A stretch of 58,146 nucleotides of DNA, taken from NCBI GenBank assembly GCA_016839445.1, contig JAEOUG010000154.1:1-58146 (forward strand), given 5' to 3'. This document shows, piece by piece, positions 48,963 through 58,146 of this stretch; positions within the stretch are counted from its first letter, which is position 1; each line of letters starts with the position of its first letter. The notes below the pieces were generated by a model. The model saw nothing but the letters and a program-made list of their open reading frames with translations. It was not told where the DNA came from and made no database searches. The translations under genes and the position numbers were made by a program. The stretch is from Candidatus Thorarchaeota archaeon. GTDB lineage: Archaea > Asgardarchaeota > Thorarchaeia > Thorarchaeales > Thorarchaeaceae.

Positions 48963-49523
48963 ATGGCAGATGTGGATTTCACGAAGTATATCGAAGTGAT
49001 ACGGGATTGGCCAGAGCCCGGAAAGGCCGTGTGTGACATTAGTGTGTTGCTTGAACATCCGCAGGTCTTCCATGAAGCTGTCGTGAAGCTAGCGAAGCCT
49101 CTTGTGGAACTCCGGCCAAACAAGGTTATTGGGATTGAGCAGAGAGGCCTGGCTCTGGGAAGCGCCATCGCATACTACCTCGGGTGTGGTATTGTGCCCG
49201 CCCGGTCAATCTTCCATATCCCGGAGGACTATCATCGTGAATACGAGCTATTGCCTACCAGCAGATTCGTGGACCGACGGCTGGCCATAGTATCAGAGTC
49301 AATTGATGAAGGTGATAGAGTGGCCATAGTTGACGACTGGCTCACGCAGGGAACTTCCGTGCTGGCTATCATGAAGCTGGTTGAACGTTTGAACGCACAT
49401 GTTGTTGGTGTCGCATGTGTGATCAACAATCTGAGTGAAACAAGACGGAAGCTCCTCGGACGCCCCGAGATACACTCCCTTGTAGAGAACTGGGAAGTAG
49501 ACATACTACAGCCCGGTGACTGA
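48963..49523 (+). CDS. apt: Adenine/purine phosphoribosyltransferase
   Basis: DWPEPG...DIS, GIEQRG, PRPP loop IVDDWLTQGTS. Confidence 0.8.
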   Translation: MADVDFTKYIEVIRDWPEPGKAVCDISVLLEHPQVFHEAVVKLAKPLVELRPNKVIGIEQRGLALGSAIAYYLGCGIVPARSIFHIPEDYHREYELLPTSRFVDRRLAIVSESIDEGDRVAIVDDWLTQGTSVLAIMKLVERLNAHVVGVACVINNLSETRRKLLGRPEIHSLVENWEVDILQPGD

Positions 49524-49538
49524 TTGAAGAAAGAGTAG

Positions 49539-49559
49539 GACCGGGCTGATGGCCCGGTC
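49539..49559. terminator. GC-rich hairpin between convergent genes
   Basis: GACCGGGC-tgatg-GCCCGGTC, perfect 8-bp stem. Confidence 0.55.
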
Positions 49560-49569
49560 ATCGGAACTC

Positions 49570-51249
49570 CTAGTCTGTTTGGTCTCGTAGCTCTCTTCTG
49601 AGAACCTTGCCTACCTGTGATTTGGGTAGAGTTTCCACAAACTCGACGTGTGTCGGGACTTTGTACACTGACATCTTCTCCTTGCAGAAGGATCTGATGT
49701 CCTCTACCGATGTGGTCTTGCCTGGTTCGAGGACAATGAATGCCTTCACCGTTTCGCCTCTAGTTTCGTCAGGAATGCCAATCACCGCAGCTTCGCGGAC
49801 ATCAGGATGCTCGAAGAGAACTTCCTCCACCTCATTTGGCCAGACCTTGTATCCACTGGCGTTGATGAGGTCCTTCTTACGATCAACGATGTAGGTCCAG
49901 CCCTCTTCGTCCATCTTGGCGATGTCGCCAGTGAAGAGCCATCTGTCCTTTGTAAGGACATCTGATGTCTCGTCTGGACGATTGTGGTAACCCATCATGA
50001 CCTGCGGTCCCTTGACTGCTAGCTCTCCAACCTCTCCGTAGGGAAGGTCCTTCTTCCTAGTTTCGAGGTCGACTATCTTGCAGTCAGTGCTTGGAAACGG
50101 AAGCCCGATAGATCCTATCTTTCGCTTGTCTTTGTCTAGCGGATTGGCGTGAGTGACTGGCGATGCCTCGCTCAGACCATATCCCTCGATGATGATGGAG
50201 TCTGTTGCTTCCTCAAACTTCCTGGTGACTTCAGCTGGGAGCGCCATAGCCCCTGCAATTGACAACTTAAGCGAGGTGATGTCGTACTTGGCGATATCTG
50301 GATGACTGTACATCGAGATTGCCAGTGTAGCGACAATGGGGAAGAAGGTTGGCCTCAGTTTGTCAACCAGCTCTAGGACGTGCTTGATGTCTCTGGCATT
50401 GGGGACAAGGATAATCTTGGAGCCCCATGATATGGCCAGGTTCATTGACACTGTCTGTCCAAATATGTGCTGCATGGGTAGTGCCGCCACGAATGACTCC
50501 TTTCCTCTCTCGGCCATCCATTCCATCCAGGCTCCACACTGAGCACAGTTTGCCTTGAGATTGTCATGTGTCAGCATGGCTGCCTTAGGGATGCCAGTCG
50601 TTCCACCAGTGAACTGGTAGACTGCTATGTCTTTGGAAGGATTGACTGAAACAGAGGGAGGCACTGGGGCTCCCATTGCCATGAAGTCCTTCCATTGCAG
50701 GTCTCCTTCTCTGAGTGCCGGAACCTCCTTCATCTCCTTTCTGTAGACTAAGAGTGGCGCGAGAACCTGCTTCATCTTGGACATTGGATCCCAAGCAGCA
50801 GTGATTATGACATTCTTCAAGCTGCTTTCCTGTCGCACTGCTTCGACTACTGCATAGAAGAAATTCAGGGCGACAATGGTTTCAGCCCCTGTGTCCTGCA
50901 GATAGACGCGAAGCTCCTTCGGCTTTGCCAGCGGATTTACAGGAGTGACTGATGCGCCGCACTTCAGAGCGCCGAAATAGCTGATGATGAACTGCGGGCA
51001 GTTGGGGAGCATTATGGCAACAGTGTCCCCTTTCTTCACACCCAGTTTGGTGAAGGCATCAGCTGCTTTGTTCACCATCTCTCCAAGTTCACTGTACGTC
51101 ATCTCTACGCCCTCGTAGTAGAGGGCTACGTTCTCTGGGTACTCCTCACACGCCTTGTCGAGTTGCTCCCAGAGAGGTCCTTCAGGAATAGAGATTTCTT
51201 TCGGCGTACCGCCGACGTAGTTCTTATACCATGGTCGATCCACTTTCAC
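49570..51249 (-). CDS. fadD: Long-chain fatty acid--CoA ligase
   Basis: FTGGTTGIPKA, EGYGLSE, TGD, DRKKDLINASG, GKVLRR; GTG start after GAGGAG. Confidence 0.92.
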   Translation of the reverse strand: MKVDRPWYKNYVGGTPKEISIPEGPLWEQLDKACEEYPENVALYYEGVEMTYSELGEMVNKAADAFTKLGVKKGDTVAIMLPNCPQFIISYFGALKCGASVTPVNPLAKPKELRVYLQDTGAETIVALNFFYAVVEAVRQESSLKNVIITAAWDPMSKMKQVLAPLLVYRKEMKEVPALREGDLQWKDFMAMGAPVPPSVSVNPSKDIAVYQFTGGTTGIPKAAMLTHDNLKANCAQCGAWMEWMAERGKESFVAALPMQHIFGQTVSMNLAISWGSKIILVPNARDIKHVLELVDKLRPTFFPIVATLAISMYSHPDIAKYDITSLKLSIAGAMALPAEVTRKFEEATDSIIIEGYGLSEASPVTHANPLDKDKRKIGSIGLPFPSTDCKIVDLETRKKDLPYGEVGELAVKGPQVMMGYHNRPDETSDVLTKDRWLFTGDIAKMDEEGWTYIVDRKKDLINASGYKVWPNEVEEVLFEHPDVREAAVIGIPDETRGETVKAFIVLEPGKTTSVEDIRSFCKEKMSVYKVPTHVEFVETLPKSQVGKVLRRELRDQTD

Positions 51250-51342
51250 ATCTCCTCTCTCTCTCACGTAATGAGTAGCGGAATAAGCTAGGTTTCGATA
51301 AGCCTCATTTATCATTTGCGATGCAATTCGCCTGGCAGGCGC

Positions 51343-52533
51343 TCACAGGTGCAACGCACTTCGGAGGCAGACGAGAAGTGTGCGCGCGACCAGCCTCTTC
51401 ACATCCAGTTCTTGGTCTGAGGTTTCCGACATGGCTTCGGACACCATCTCCTGAATTCTTCCATCACGGCTGCCGATCTCAAAGAGAAGGTCTGTGTAGC
51501 TGCTGGTGAATATTCTCTGTGCTAGGAGCTGCTGTTCGAATTCGTGACCGAAGTCGGAATACCACAGCCGGTCATAGATTCCTGCAGTTGTAGGGTCATC
51601 ATGCTCTATGGCCTTCGTGATGACTCCTGCCGCATACCGAGCCGCCTTCATGGCATATCCTATTCCTCCTCCTGTGAGAGGACTGACCATGCCCGCCGAA
51701 TCCCCCACGAGGAGGCACCTCCCCTTGGTCGTATGCGAGATTGGTCCTCCTGTAGGTACCAGTGCTCCCCTCGCACGAGACAAGTCTGGTGAGTCGGGAA
51801 GCAACCGGCTTCTCTTGAGATATCTGACGAAGCTATCAAACATCCTAGGGAGCCCTTCAGCATGAGTCCCCACAATCCCTAGACCCACGTTGATGGTCTC
51901 TCTCTTCGGGAAAATCCAGCCGTACCCAGGGAGCCCACCCAGGTTTGCGAAGAAGTGATAGTGAAGGTCTTCTGTGTACCTACCAAGAATGTCTTCGGTA
52001 GGGGCGGGAATCTCCGCGACACGACATGCAGTGATGGCGCTGGGGTCCCATCTTCTGTGCAGGTCTGCCTTCCTGGCCACTATGCTATTGGCTCCGTCGG
52101 CACCCACGATGAACCTGGAGTCCAATGTGCTTCCGTCTGAGAGCGATACCGTGACGTGGTCGTCTTTGAAGAGCACATCTTTGACTCTCTTGCCCAGAAG
52201 GGGATTTGCCCCTGCCTCAATCGCGAACTCGTGGAGAACGTGATCGAAATCGGTTCTCAGTGCAAGGGCCATGTCCACTCTACCTTTCAGCACAATCATC
52301 CTGTTTGGAGAATGGAGTACTCCCACTCTGGCCACCCCCTGTAGGAATTCCTTCTGCCGAGCTGCCAGATACGGGAATTCTCTCATGATACTCTCTGAGA
52401 AGCCGCCTCCGCAGGGCTTGTCCCTGGGGAATGTGTCCCTATCAATCAGAACAACACTGAGTCCTCTCCTTGCCAAGTACCTAGCTGTTGTGGAACCCCC
52501 CGGGCCTGATCCGACAACAGCCACATCATACAA
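51343..52533 (-). CDS. Geranylgeranyl reductase family flavoprotein
   Basis: GSGPGG, PRDKPCGGG, GADG, YGWIFP, VGDSAG, GGGI. Confidence 0.9.
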   Translation of the reverse strand: MYDVAVVGSGPGGSTTARYLARRGLSVVLIDRDTFPRDKPCGGGFSESIMREFPYLAARQKEFLQGVARVGVLHSPNRMIVLKGRVDMALALRTDFDHVLHEFAIEAGANPLLGKRVKDVLFKDDHVTVSLSDGSTLDSRFIVGADGANSIVARKADLHRRWDPSAITACRVAEIPAPTEDILGRYTEDLHYHFFANLGGLPGYGWIFPKRETINVGLGIVGTHAEGLPRMFDSFVRYLKRSRLLPDSPDLSRARGALVPTGGPISHTTKGRCLLVGDSAGMVSPLTGGGIGYAMKAARYAAGVITKAIEHDDPTTAGIYDRLWYSDFGHEFEQQLLAQRIFTSSYTDLLFEIGSRDGRIQEMVSEAMSETSDQELDVKRLVARTLLVCLRSALHL

Positions 52534-52635
52534 GATGTCCTCAACCTCGCTGCGAGGGAATCGGCTATCCCTATTAACGCTAGCCCTCTGTCTGCGAACA
52601 GCTTATGTAGAGCGCAGTGAACCCCACAGTGACGC

Positions 52636-54225
52636 ATGATGAGCTCACTGATTCAAGCACGCAGGCGACTGAGAATGCGAATCCGCGAGAATGCGGAGTT
52701 CGACAAGTACGCCCACCTCTTTGTGACCCTACTCCTGGCTGCTAACATGCTGCTCATCATGTATGCATTGGTTTCAGTTACAGGCCGAATGAGTCTGAGC
52801 GGAGTGGGCCTCATTGACTCGATTCCGATAGCTCTGTACATCCTACCGCTAATGATCTTCTTGCCGATCATGATCAGAGCTTTCTATCGAGAGCGCACGG
52901 CTGCCTGGAACTTTGTGTTCCTGTTGATATGCACGGTCTTCTTCAGCCTCTTGTCGCAGTTGGTCCGCGGCTTTGTAGTATTCCTTGTGCTGAATGCTTT
53001 TGCCGCTGTTCTGCTCTTTGTCATGGGGCGGTTCAGACCTAAGGGTAGTCTCAGGAAGGCCGGCAAGAAGGGTCTACTCTACGTTGTGCTCCTAAACATG
53101 CTCGGGCTGACTTTCCCAATATCAACTGTCATCATGGGTCAGACGCCGATAGTTGGAGTGGTCGTTACACAGCCAGGTGAGGTTACTCTTGAGATACCCT
53201 TGGCCTCTTTCGACTTCCCGTACGCCAACGTGACTCCGGATTCCGGGCTCCTTGACGACCTTGTGAGTTTTGATTTCTCCCTCGACCTACACGCTCAGGA
53301 AGGGAATCTGTCATCGTGGCAGCGTCTGGAAGACTGGTTGATTGCGCTCAATTCAACTTCTATACAATACACAGTCACGCTCACAGCACCTGGTTACGCA
53401 CTGACTGGGGAAGTCCAGTCTCTTGCCTCCACCGAGAGCCTTCTACAGGTCTACAGTAATCATAGCCAATCGCTTGCTGAGCTCGATGCTCTACTCACCT
53501 CTCAAGGAATCACGAACCTCCCTTCTGTTGTCCTGTTCGACATGACGCTGCCGAGAGGTCATTGGCAGAAGCTGATGCTGCATACTCGTTCTCTGGATCT
53601 CTCAGGTTTCTCAGGGCTAATGAGGAAGTCCCTATTCGCGGTGACTCCTCTGGCAATTCAAGATGCAGCCCTCGATCTCTCCGAGCAAGCTGACGCTCTA
53701 GGCCTGTCCTCCGGTGTCCTGGTTGAGCCTTTTGTAGTGGATGACTTGCTGGACGGTGACACGGTATCAATGCGGCTCTGTGGTCAGACGGTGAATACGC
53801 TCCAGCTCTGGGACAGGATTGAGGTTCTCTGCAGTAGAACGAGGTTCTCGTATGAGATGCTGGGGGACGTCGGGGAGTACATGGCCGCGTCCTTTGCCAG
53901 CTCAGTTGCGAGGCTAGGAAACAGCTGGTCAATGAGGATGAGTGAGGTCGGCAACAGAAGCGACATCTCAGGAAGGATGGATCCCATCTACAACTCCATG
54001 GACTCTCTTACGAGGGACATCGCCCTCTCCTTCGGCTCTGGAGTTGGTGGAATCACGTTGGGCTCTCTTCAGTCTCTCTTGATGTCATTTGGCTCGGGTT
54101 CAATCGAGACTCTGAGAACCAGCATAGATGCTGTCACAAGCGCGACGGCGACCTACACCTTCAGAATCTACGCTTTTCGCGCGGTCTTCGCAGCCATCGA
54201 CTCCTTTGACTTCTTGATGGTGTGA
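52636..54225 (+). CDS. Hypothetical membrane protein (about 5 TM plus large soluble domain)
   Basis: 529 aa ORF with hydrophobic N-terminal third. Confidence 0.7.
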   Translation: MMSSLIQARRRLRMRIRENAEFDKYAHLFVTLLLAANMLLIMYALVSVTGRMSLSGVGLIDSIPIALYILPLMIFLPIMIRAFYRERTAAWNFVFLLICTVFFSLLSQLVRGFVVFLVLNAFAAVLLFVMGRFRPKGSLRKAGKKGLLYVVLLNMLGLTFPISTVIMGQTPIVGVVVTQPGEVTLEIPLASFDFPYANVTPDSGLLDDLVSFDFSLDLHAQEGNLSSWQRLEDWLIALNSTSIQYTVTLTAPGYALTGEVQSLASTESLLQVYSNHSQSLAELDALLTSQGITNLPSVVLFDMTLPRGHWQKLMLHTRSLDLSGFSGLMRKSLFAVTPLAIQDAALDLSEQADALGLSSGVLVEPFVVDDLLDGDTVSMRLCGQTVNTLQLWDRIEVLCSRTRFSYEMLGDVGEYMAASFASSVARLGNSWSMRMSEVGNRSDISGRMDPIYNSMDSLTRDIALSFGSGVGGITLGSLQSLLMSFGSGSIETLRTSIDAVTSATATYTFRIYAFRAVFAAIDSFDFLMV

Positions 54226-54271
54226 GACGGAGCCAGGTTCTAGAACAGTTAAATAGGGGCACTTCAGTACC

Positions 54272-54640
54272 GTGAGTCTGGGAGTGATGAATGTGGGTAA
54301 GACAGAGATACTTTGTCCTCACTGTAATCAAGAGAGATTCAAGATTGAAACCGACAAGAAGACTGAGCAGTTCAAGAAGATGAACGGTGGTATCTATCAC
54401 CGACCGCTTCTGACCCGGGCTACCGAAACACAGTGGCATGAGGATCCCAACAGAGGTTTGGGCGTACAGTGCAAATGTGGAAGGCATTTCTTTCTGACTG
54501 ATTTCGGAAACCCTGGGGTGCAGTACAACATACATACCAGCTTGCCAGATGGTCAGACAATTGCCGTCTATTGTGGCAAGTGCGGCAGGTCTTTTGTGAG
54601 TCCCGACCTCCAGTGTCCAACATGTGGAAACCAGCTCTGA
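54272..54640 (+). CDS. Small multi-Cys zinc-ribbon protein
   Basis: CPHC, CKC, CGKC, CPTC. Confidence 0.7.
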   Translation: MSLGVMNVGKTEILCPHCNQERFKIETDKKTEQFKKMNGGIYHRPLLTRATETQWHEDPNRGLGVQCKCGRHFFLTDFGNPGVQYNIHTSLPDGQTIAVYCGKCGRSFVSPDLQCPTCGNQL

Positions 54641-54649
54641 GGTGATATC

Positions 54650-55708
54650 ATGACTGAAGAAACACTATACGAAGGAAGCGAACAGGACGCGATTCTTGAC
54701 GTTCTCCGCCATGTTGTCAACAAGGCCTTTGAAGGCTACTTGATGGAAGAACCGACCTTTGAGCTCGTTCCAGTTGAGCTGAAACTCGAGGAGTTCTGTG
54801 ACATTGGGGACGGCTACAACTACGGGGGGAGGAGCCTTGCGGGAGCCATGATTAGTGCTGCATCAACTGCCTACGCTCGCTCAAAGAAGGGTAAGGAGAA
54901 GTGGGCTTCATGGATTCTGACGAATCTGAGGTTTGCAGACGCACCCTCTGATCTGAATATGGTCTTTCAGGGCGGCTTCGTCACCGACACCGTCTTTGCG
55001 TTCAACGCTATCAGCATGGGTAGTATCCTTGACTTCATGATTCCACGCGGATTCGGCACCACAATAGTGAACGGCAAGCCCGCTTTTGTACGGGGCTCAG
55101 TGGCGGGAGACGCTGAAGGCTCTCCATCTGGATCTCCTTTCATAGCCGTATATGAGACCCAGTCTGCCTACACCGGATCAAAGATGAACCAACTAATCTC
55201 GCAGATTCCCCCCTACACGACGTTCTCGACTCGTGGACGCTTCGGAGGAACGACATACGCTTCCTCAATCCCACCGATGCTCATGATGTCTCCAAGACAG
55301 GGGAGAACGATCATTTCTCTGCAGATTAGCCCGTACGGTGACAAGTCTGAGACCGCCGCCTTCAGGATGCCTGGTGAGAAGAGCGCTTGGACACTTGAAG
55401 TGGCAGTGCCCAATCCGCACAACCTACGACAGGCACGTCTAGTCATGGAGGAAGCCGCCAGAGTCCCTGAAGAGACCTTGGTTACAGAAGAGGTGACAGG
55501 TGAGATTCTTGGAGGCGTCGACGCTCTTCTGGCTCTTGAAGTGGCGCGACAGAGGTACAGACCTGATAGCGACCCGTTTGGAATGACGGACGTTGTGCGG
55601 TCAGGTCCTGTTGTTCATGAGGTTCTCGGCCAGCTTCGGTCAGAGTTTCCGTCGTATGAGATGAACGTATACGAGCTCCTGAAGGGCAACTGCTTGAAGA
55701 AGCTCTAG
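54650..55708 (+). CDS. Hypothetical protein
   Basis: 352 aa ORF, GAGGTGA SD, 9 bp after the Zn-ribbon gene. Confidence 0.7.
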   Translation: MTEETLYEGSEQDAILDVLRHVVNKAFEGYLMEEPTFELVPVELKLEEFCDIGDGYNYGGRSLAGAMISAASTAYARSKKGKEKWASWILTNLRFADAPSDLNMVFQGGFVTDTVFAFNAISMGSILDFMIPRGFGTTIVNGKPAFVRGSVAGDAEGSPSGSPFIAVYETQSAYTGSKMNQLISQIPPYTTFSTRGRFGGTTYASSIPPMLMMSPRQGRTIISLQISPYGDKSETAAFRMPGEKSAWTLEVAVPNPHNLRQARLVMEEAARVPEETLVTEEVTGEILGGVDALLALEVARQRYRPDSDPFGMTDVVRSGPVVHEVLGQLRSEFPSYEMNVYELLKGNCLKKL

Positions 55709-55713
55709 GGTAT

Positions 55714-55738
55714 TTGGGGAGCACTATGTGCTCTCCAA
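55714..55738. terminator. Hairpin between convergent genes
   Basis: TTGGGGAGCAC-tat-GTGCTCTCCAA (11-bp stem with one G-U pair). Confidence 0.55.
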
Positions 55739-55780
55739 CCCATCTATTTCCCGTTCTACTGAGTTGAAGCAAGCAGGGCT

Positions 55781-56695
55781 CTACTTCACCGGTCTAAGGT
55801 AGACTTCGAAGACTCCGGTCCAGATATCGCTGCTGGCCTCCGATTTGACAAGGACGTTCCCTCCGAAGTTGATGCCAACAGGTCTGGCCTTCACCTTCTT
55901 CCAGACATCCGCAAAGAATAGAGAATGCAAGTTGGTCTGGAAATCCTCGGTCACTCCAGTTATCATGGTGTCAATGTACGCAGCATCTATTCCCTGAGGC
56001 GAGAGGTCAACGGTTGTGCGAAAGAGCCTCTCTTCGCTTAGAGCGCCCTCTTTCTTGTCGAATTGATAACCTATACCCCCAACTAGATAGAACTCGCCCT
56101 GGGGAACCTTGGGTTCACTGCCCACTACAATGATCTTGTTGCCTGAGAGGAGGATGTACTCAGGTGCAGCTACGTTGAACGGGATTGCAGCCGCCTCCAC
56201 GGACACCTCATCCATCTTGAGGTCTTTGGCGAGGAATTCGTTGAGAGTCCTCACATCTCTGTCGAATCTGAAGTGGTCGAATTCACCGATGTACAGAACA
56301 TTCTTTGCCTTTCTCAGTATGACGTCAATGATTCGTTGAGCCTTCTTCAGAAACTCGATTCTGTCCTTCTTGAGGCTCAGAACCTTTCCAGCCGAGATGA
56401 TGACACGGCAGTAGTCCAGTGTCTTGATATTGGAGATGAGCGTCCTGCTCAAGTACGTCTTGTCGTCATCCTCCAGGAATCCTTCTTCGGATGAGATGTC
56501 CTGAGGTATCGGATTCCCTATGTACACCTGTACACTCCTCTTGCTCTTCTTAGGTTTGAAGAAGATGCCAATATCGAGTCCGCCATGAGGAATGTCTGTG
56601 AGTTGTCTTACGAAAGCTCCTTCGGGGACAATCTCTCTGGCTTGGGCTTTGGCGTAAACCTGAGTATATCTGGCAAAAAGGTCTGTCCTGGACAT
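55781..56695 (-). CDS. Hypothetical protein
   Basis: 304 aa ORF, GGGAG SD-like motif. Confidence 0.7.
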   Translation of the reverse strand: MSRTDLFARYTQVYAKAQAREIVPEGAFVRQLTDIPHGGLDIGIFFKPKKSKRSVQVYIGNPIPQDISSEEGFLEDDDKTYLSRTLISNIKTLDYCRVIISAGKVLSLKKDRIEFLKKAQRIIDVILRKAKNVLYIGEFDHFRFDRDVRTLNEFLAKDLKMDEVSVEAAAIPFNVAAPEYILLSGNKIIVVGSEPKVPQGEFYLVGGIGYQFDKKEGALSEERLFRTTVDLSPQGIDAAYIDTMITGVTEDFQTNLHSLFFADVWKKVKARPVGINFGGNVLVKSEASSDIWTGVFEVYLRPVK

Positions 56696-56813
56696 TCTAT
56701 CTCCCGCAAGCGTGTATTAGCCCCACCATCGTCTATTATCTCTTGGGGTGGTTTCCTCCTCATGCCACAACCTATATAGGAACCATGACTCAGCACGACC
56801 CTCGGTGCCAGAC

Positions 56814-57092
56814 ATGGAGCGGAACAAATCAGGACCCGTGTTGGTCATCATAGGAGCTTTTGCATTCATCATATCGCTTTTCGTTCTGCTTCCCTTGAAC
56901 TACATTCTTTCTCTTCTCTCGATGTTCGGTTCCGTCGTGCTCATCGGAATCGGAGTTGCCTTCGCGAAGGGAGTTGACAAGACGCTTGACCCGCCCCGTG
57001 AGGAATGCTACTACTGCAATGGATCAGGGAAGGTGGAAGGCGAGACTTGCCCCAGGTGTGGAGGTACCGGGCTTGCTAGGCCAGATGACTAG
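56814..57092 (+). CDS. Small 2-TM protein with DnaJ-type zinc finger
   Basis: CYYCNGSG and CPRCGGTG after two TMs. Confidence 0.75.
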   Translation: MERNKSGPVLVIIGAFAFIISLFVLLPLNYILSLLSMFGSVVLIGIGVAFAKGVDKTLDPPREECYYCNGSGKVEGETCPRCGGTGLARPDD

Positions 57093-57119
57093 GCTTACTC
57101 CAATCCGGAGCGAGGTGTC

Positions 57120-57812
57120 TTGGTAGGGACCATAGTTGTCGCACATCGTGGGGCATCTGACAGGGCCCCCGAGAATACACTGCTGGCGTTCGAAGAGGCA
57201 ATACAGCTCGGAGCCCAGATGTTCGAGTTGGATGTTCATGAAACGCTTGACAATCAGCTTGTCTGCATTCATGACTATGATGTGAGCAGAACCACTGATG
57301 GGGCCGGCCTTGTTTCAGAGATGACTCTTGCTGAGCTTCTTGAGCTCGACGCCGGCGAGGGGCAAAGAATACCCCTGTTGAGAGAGGCTCTGGAGCTGGC
57401 AAAAGGCAGGGCGCAGGTCAATATCGAGCTGAAAGGGCTGGATATTGAGTCTGCTGTGTGTCGGCTGCTGTCAGAGCTGGAGATGACCTCTGAAGTGATT
57501 GTATCTTCATTCCTTCATGAGGCACTTCTCTCCGTCCGTTCGGAGAGCGAGTCCATAAAGACAGCAGTACTCTTCAGTCATAGGCTCGAGAATCCGGTCT
57601 CTTATGCCTTGGGCCTCTCAGCCAATGCTATCAATCCTCATCACGAGTTGGTGGACTCCAATCTCGTGCTCGCTGCACAGGAGAACGCCCTTGAGATCTA
57701 TCCTTGGACTGTGAATGATAGGTCTCTGATGGAGCTGTTGGCGAGAATGGGTGTGACCGGGATCATAACAGACGATTCGGCTCTCTGTATAGAGGTCGTT
57801 AGAGGAATCTAG
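57120..57812 (+). CDS. Glycerophosphodiester phosphodiesterase
   Basis: AHRG, PENT, ELDV, IHD, NIELK, WTVN, ITD. Confidence 0.93.
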   Translation: MVGTIVVAHRGASDRAPENTLLAFEEAIQLGAQMFELDVHETLDNQLVCIHDYDVSRTTDGAGLVSEMTLAELLELDAGEGQRIPLLREALELAKGRAQVNIELKGLDIESAVCRLLSELEMTSEVIVSSFLHEALLSVRSESESIKTAVLFSHRLENPVSYALGLSANAINPHHELVDSNLVLAAQENALEIYPWTVNDRSLMELLARMGVTGIITDDSALCIEVVRGI

Positions 57813-58146
57813 CTAGATACCTATGACTTCGGTGAGGAATTCATTCAGGATTCGGTATGCTTCATGGCGAGTATAATGGCAGGTGATTACATGCTCTGCA
57901 TTCTCGATCATGTGCAGCTGTTTCTCTTCTGAGGAGATGCCTTCGAAGGCCAACTGCCCGTTCTCCGGTGATATCGTCTTATCCTCGGTACCTTGCAGGA
58001 TTAGAGTCGGGATTGTCACGCGTGGGAGAGCTCTCCTTGCCTCCTTCTGTAGTCTGAACAGCTCGTGGTACGCAGACAGGGGCTCCCTATCGTACTTCGT
58101 CCTCTTGACATCATACACCCTTTGTGCGCTCTCGACATCAATCGTC
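57813..58146 (-). CDS. Carboxylesterase-like alpha/beta hydrolase (3' part; runs off window end)
   Basis: PTLILQGTEDKTI and AEHVI catalytic Asp/His region. Confidence 0.8.
   Translation of the reverse strand, partial: TIDVESAQRVYDVKRTKYDREPLSAYHELFRLQKEARRALPRVTIPTLILQGTEDKTISPENGQLAFEGISSEEKQLHMIENAEHVITCHYTRHEAYRILNEFLTEVIGI

Noticed and set aside
1-58146. CRISPR arrays, IS elements/integrases, tRNA/rRNA genes, selenocysteine read-through
   Set aside because: No regularly spaced repeats, transposase motifs or cloverleafs seen, and no recognised gene appears truncated at an in-frame TGA

Overview
Gene-dense archaeal chromosomal segment with no rRNA, tRNA, CRISPR or mobile element seen. TBP, type-2 IPP isomerase, geranylgeranyl reductase, archaeal AsnRS, a Ras/Rab-like GTPase, a WD40/alpha-helical protein and a tubulin-like protein together suggest an Asgard archaeon (Thorarchaeia-like; inference). 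The main candidate novel system is a three-gene minus-strand operon (6519-11681): a ~900 aa all-helical protein, a divergent tubulin-superfamily GTPase whose C-terminus resembles eukaryotic tubulin helices H11-H12, and an unknown helical protein. It is transcribed divergently from a WD40 + MIT/TPR-like + coiled-coil gene, which is followed by a TPR gene. Other notable features: a pur cluster with a Cys-to-Ser PurQ and a degenerate PurC fused to PurS; a Cys-rich PadR regulator with a triple palindromic operator opposite arsM; an RHH gene with a helically phased operator array; a gingipain-like C25 protease with FG-GAP repeats between its catalytic His and Cys; a probable pseudo-GTPase; and a four-gene MacB/FtsX-type ABC system. 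All protein calls come from motif recognition by eye, without database searches.
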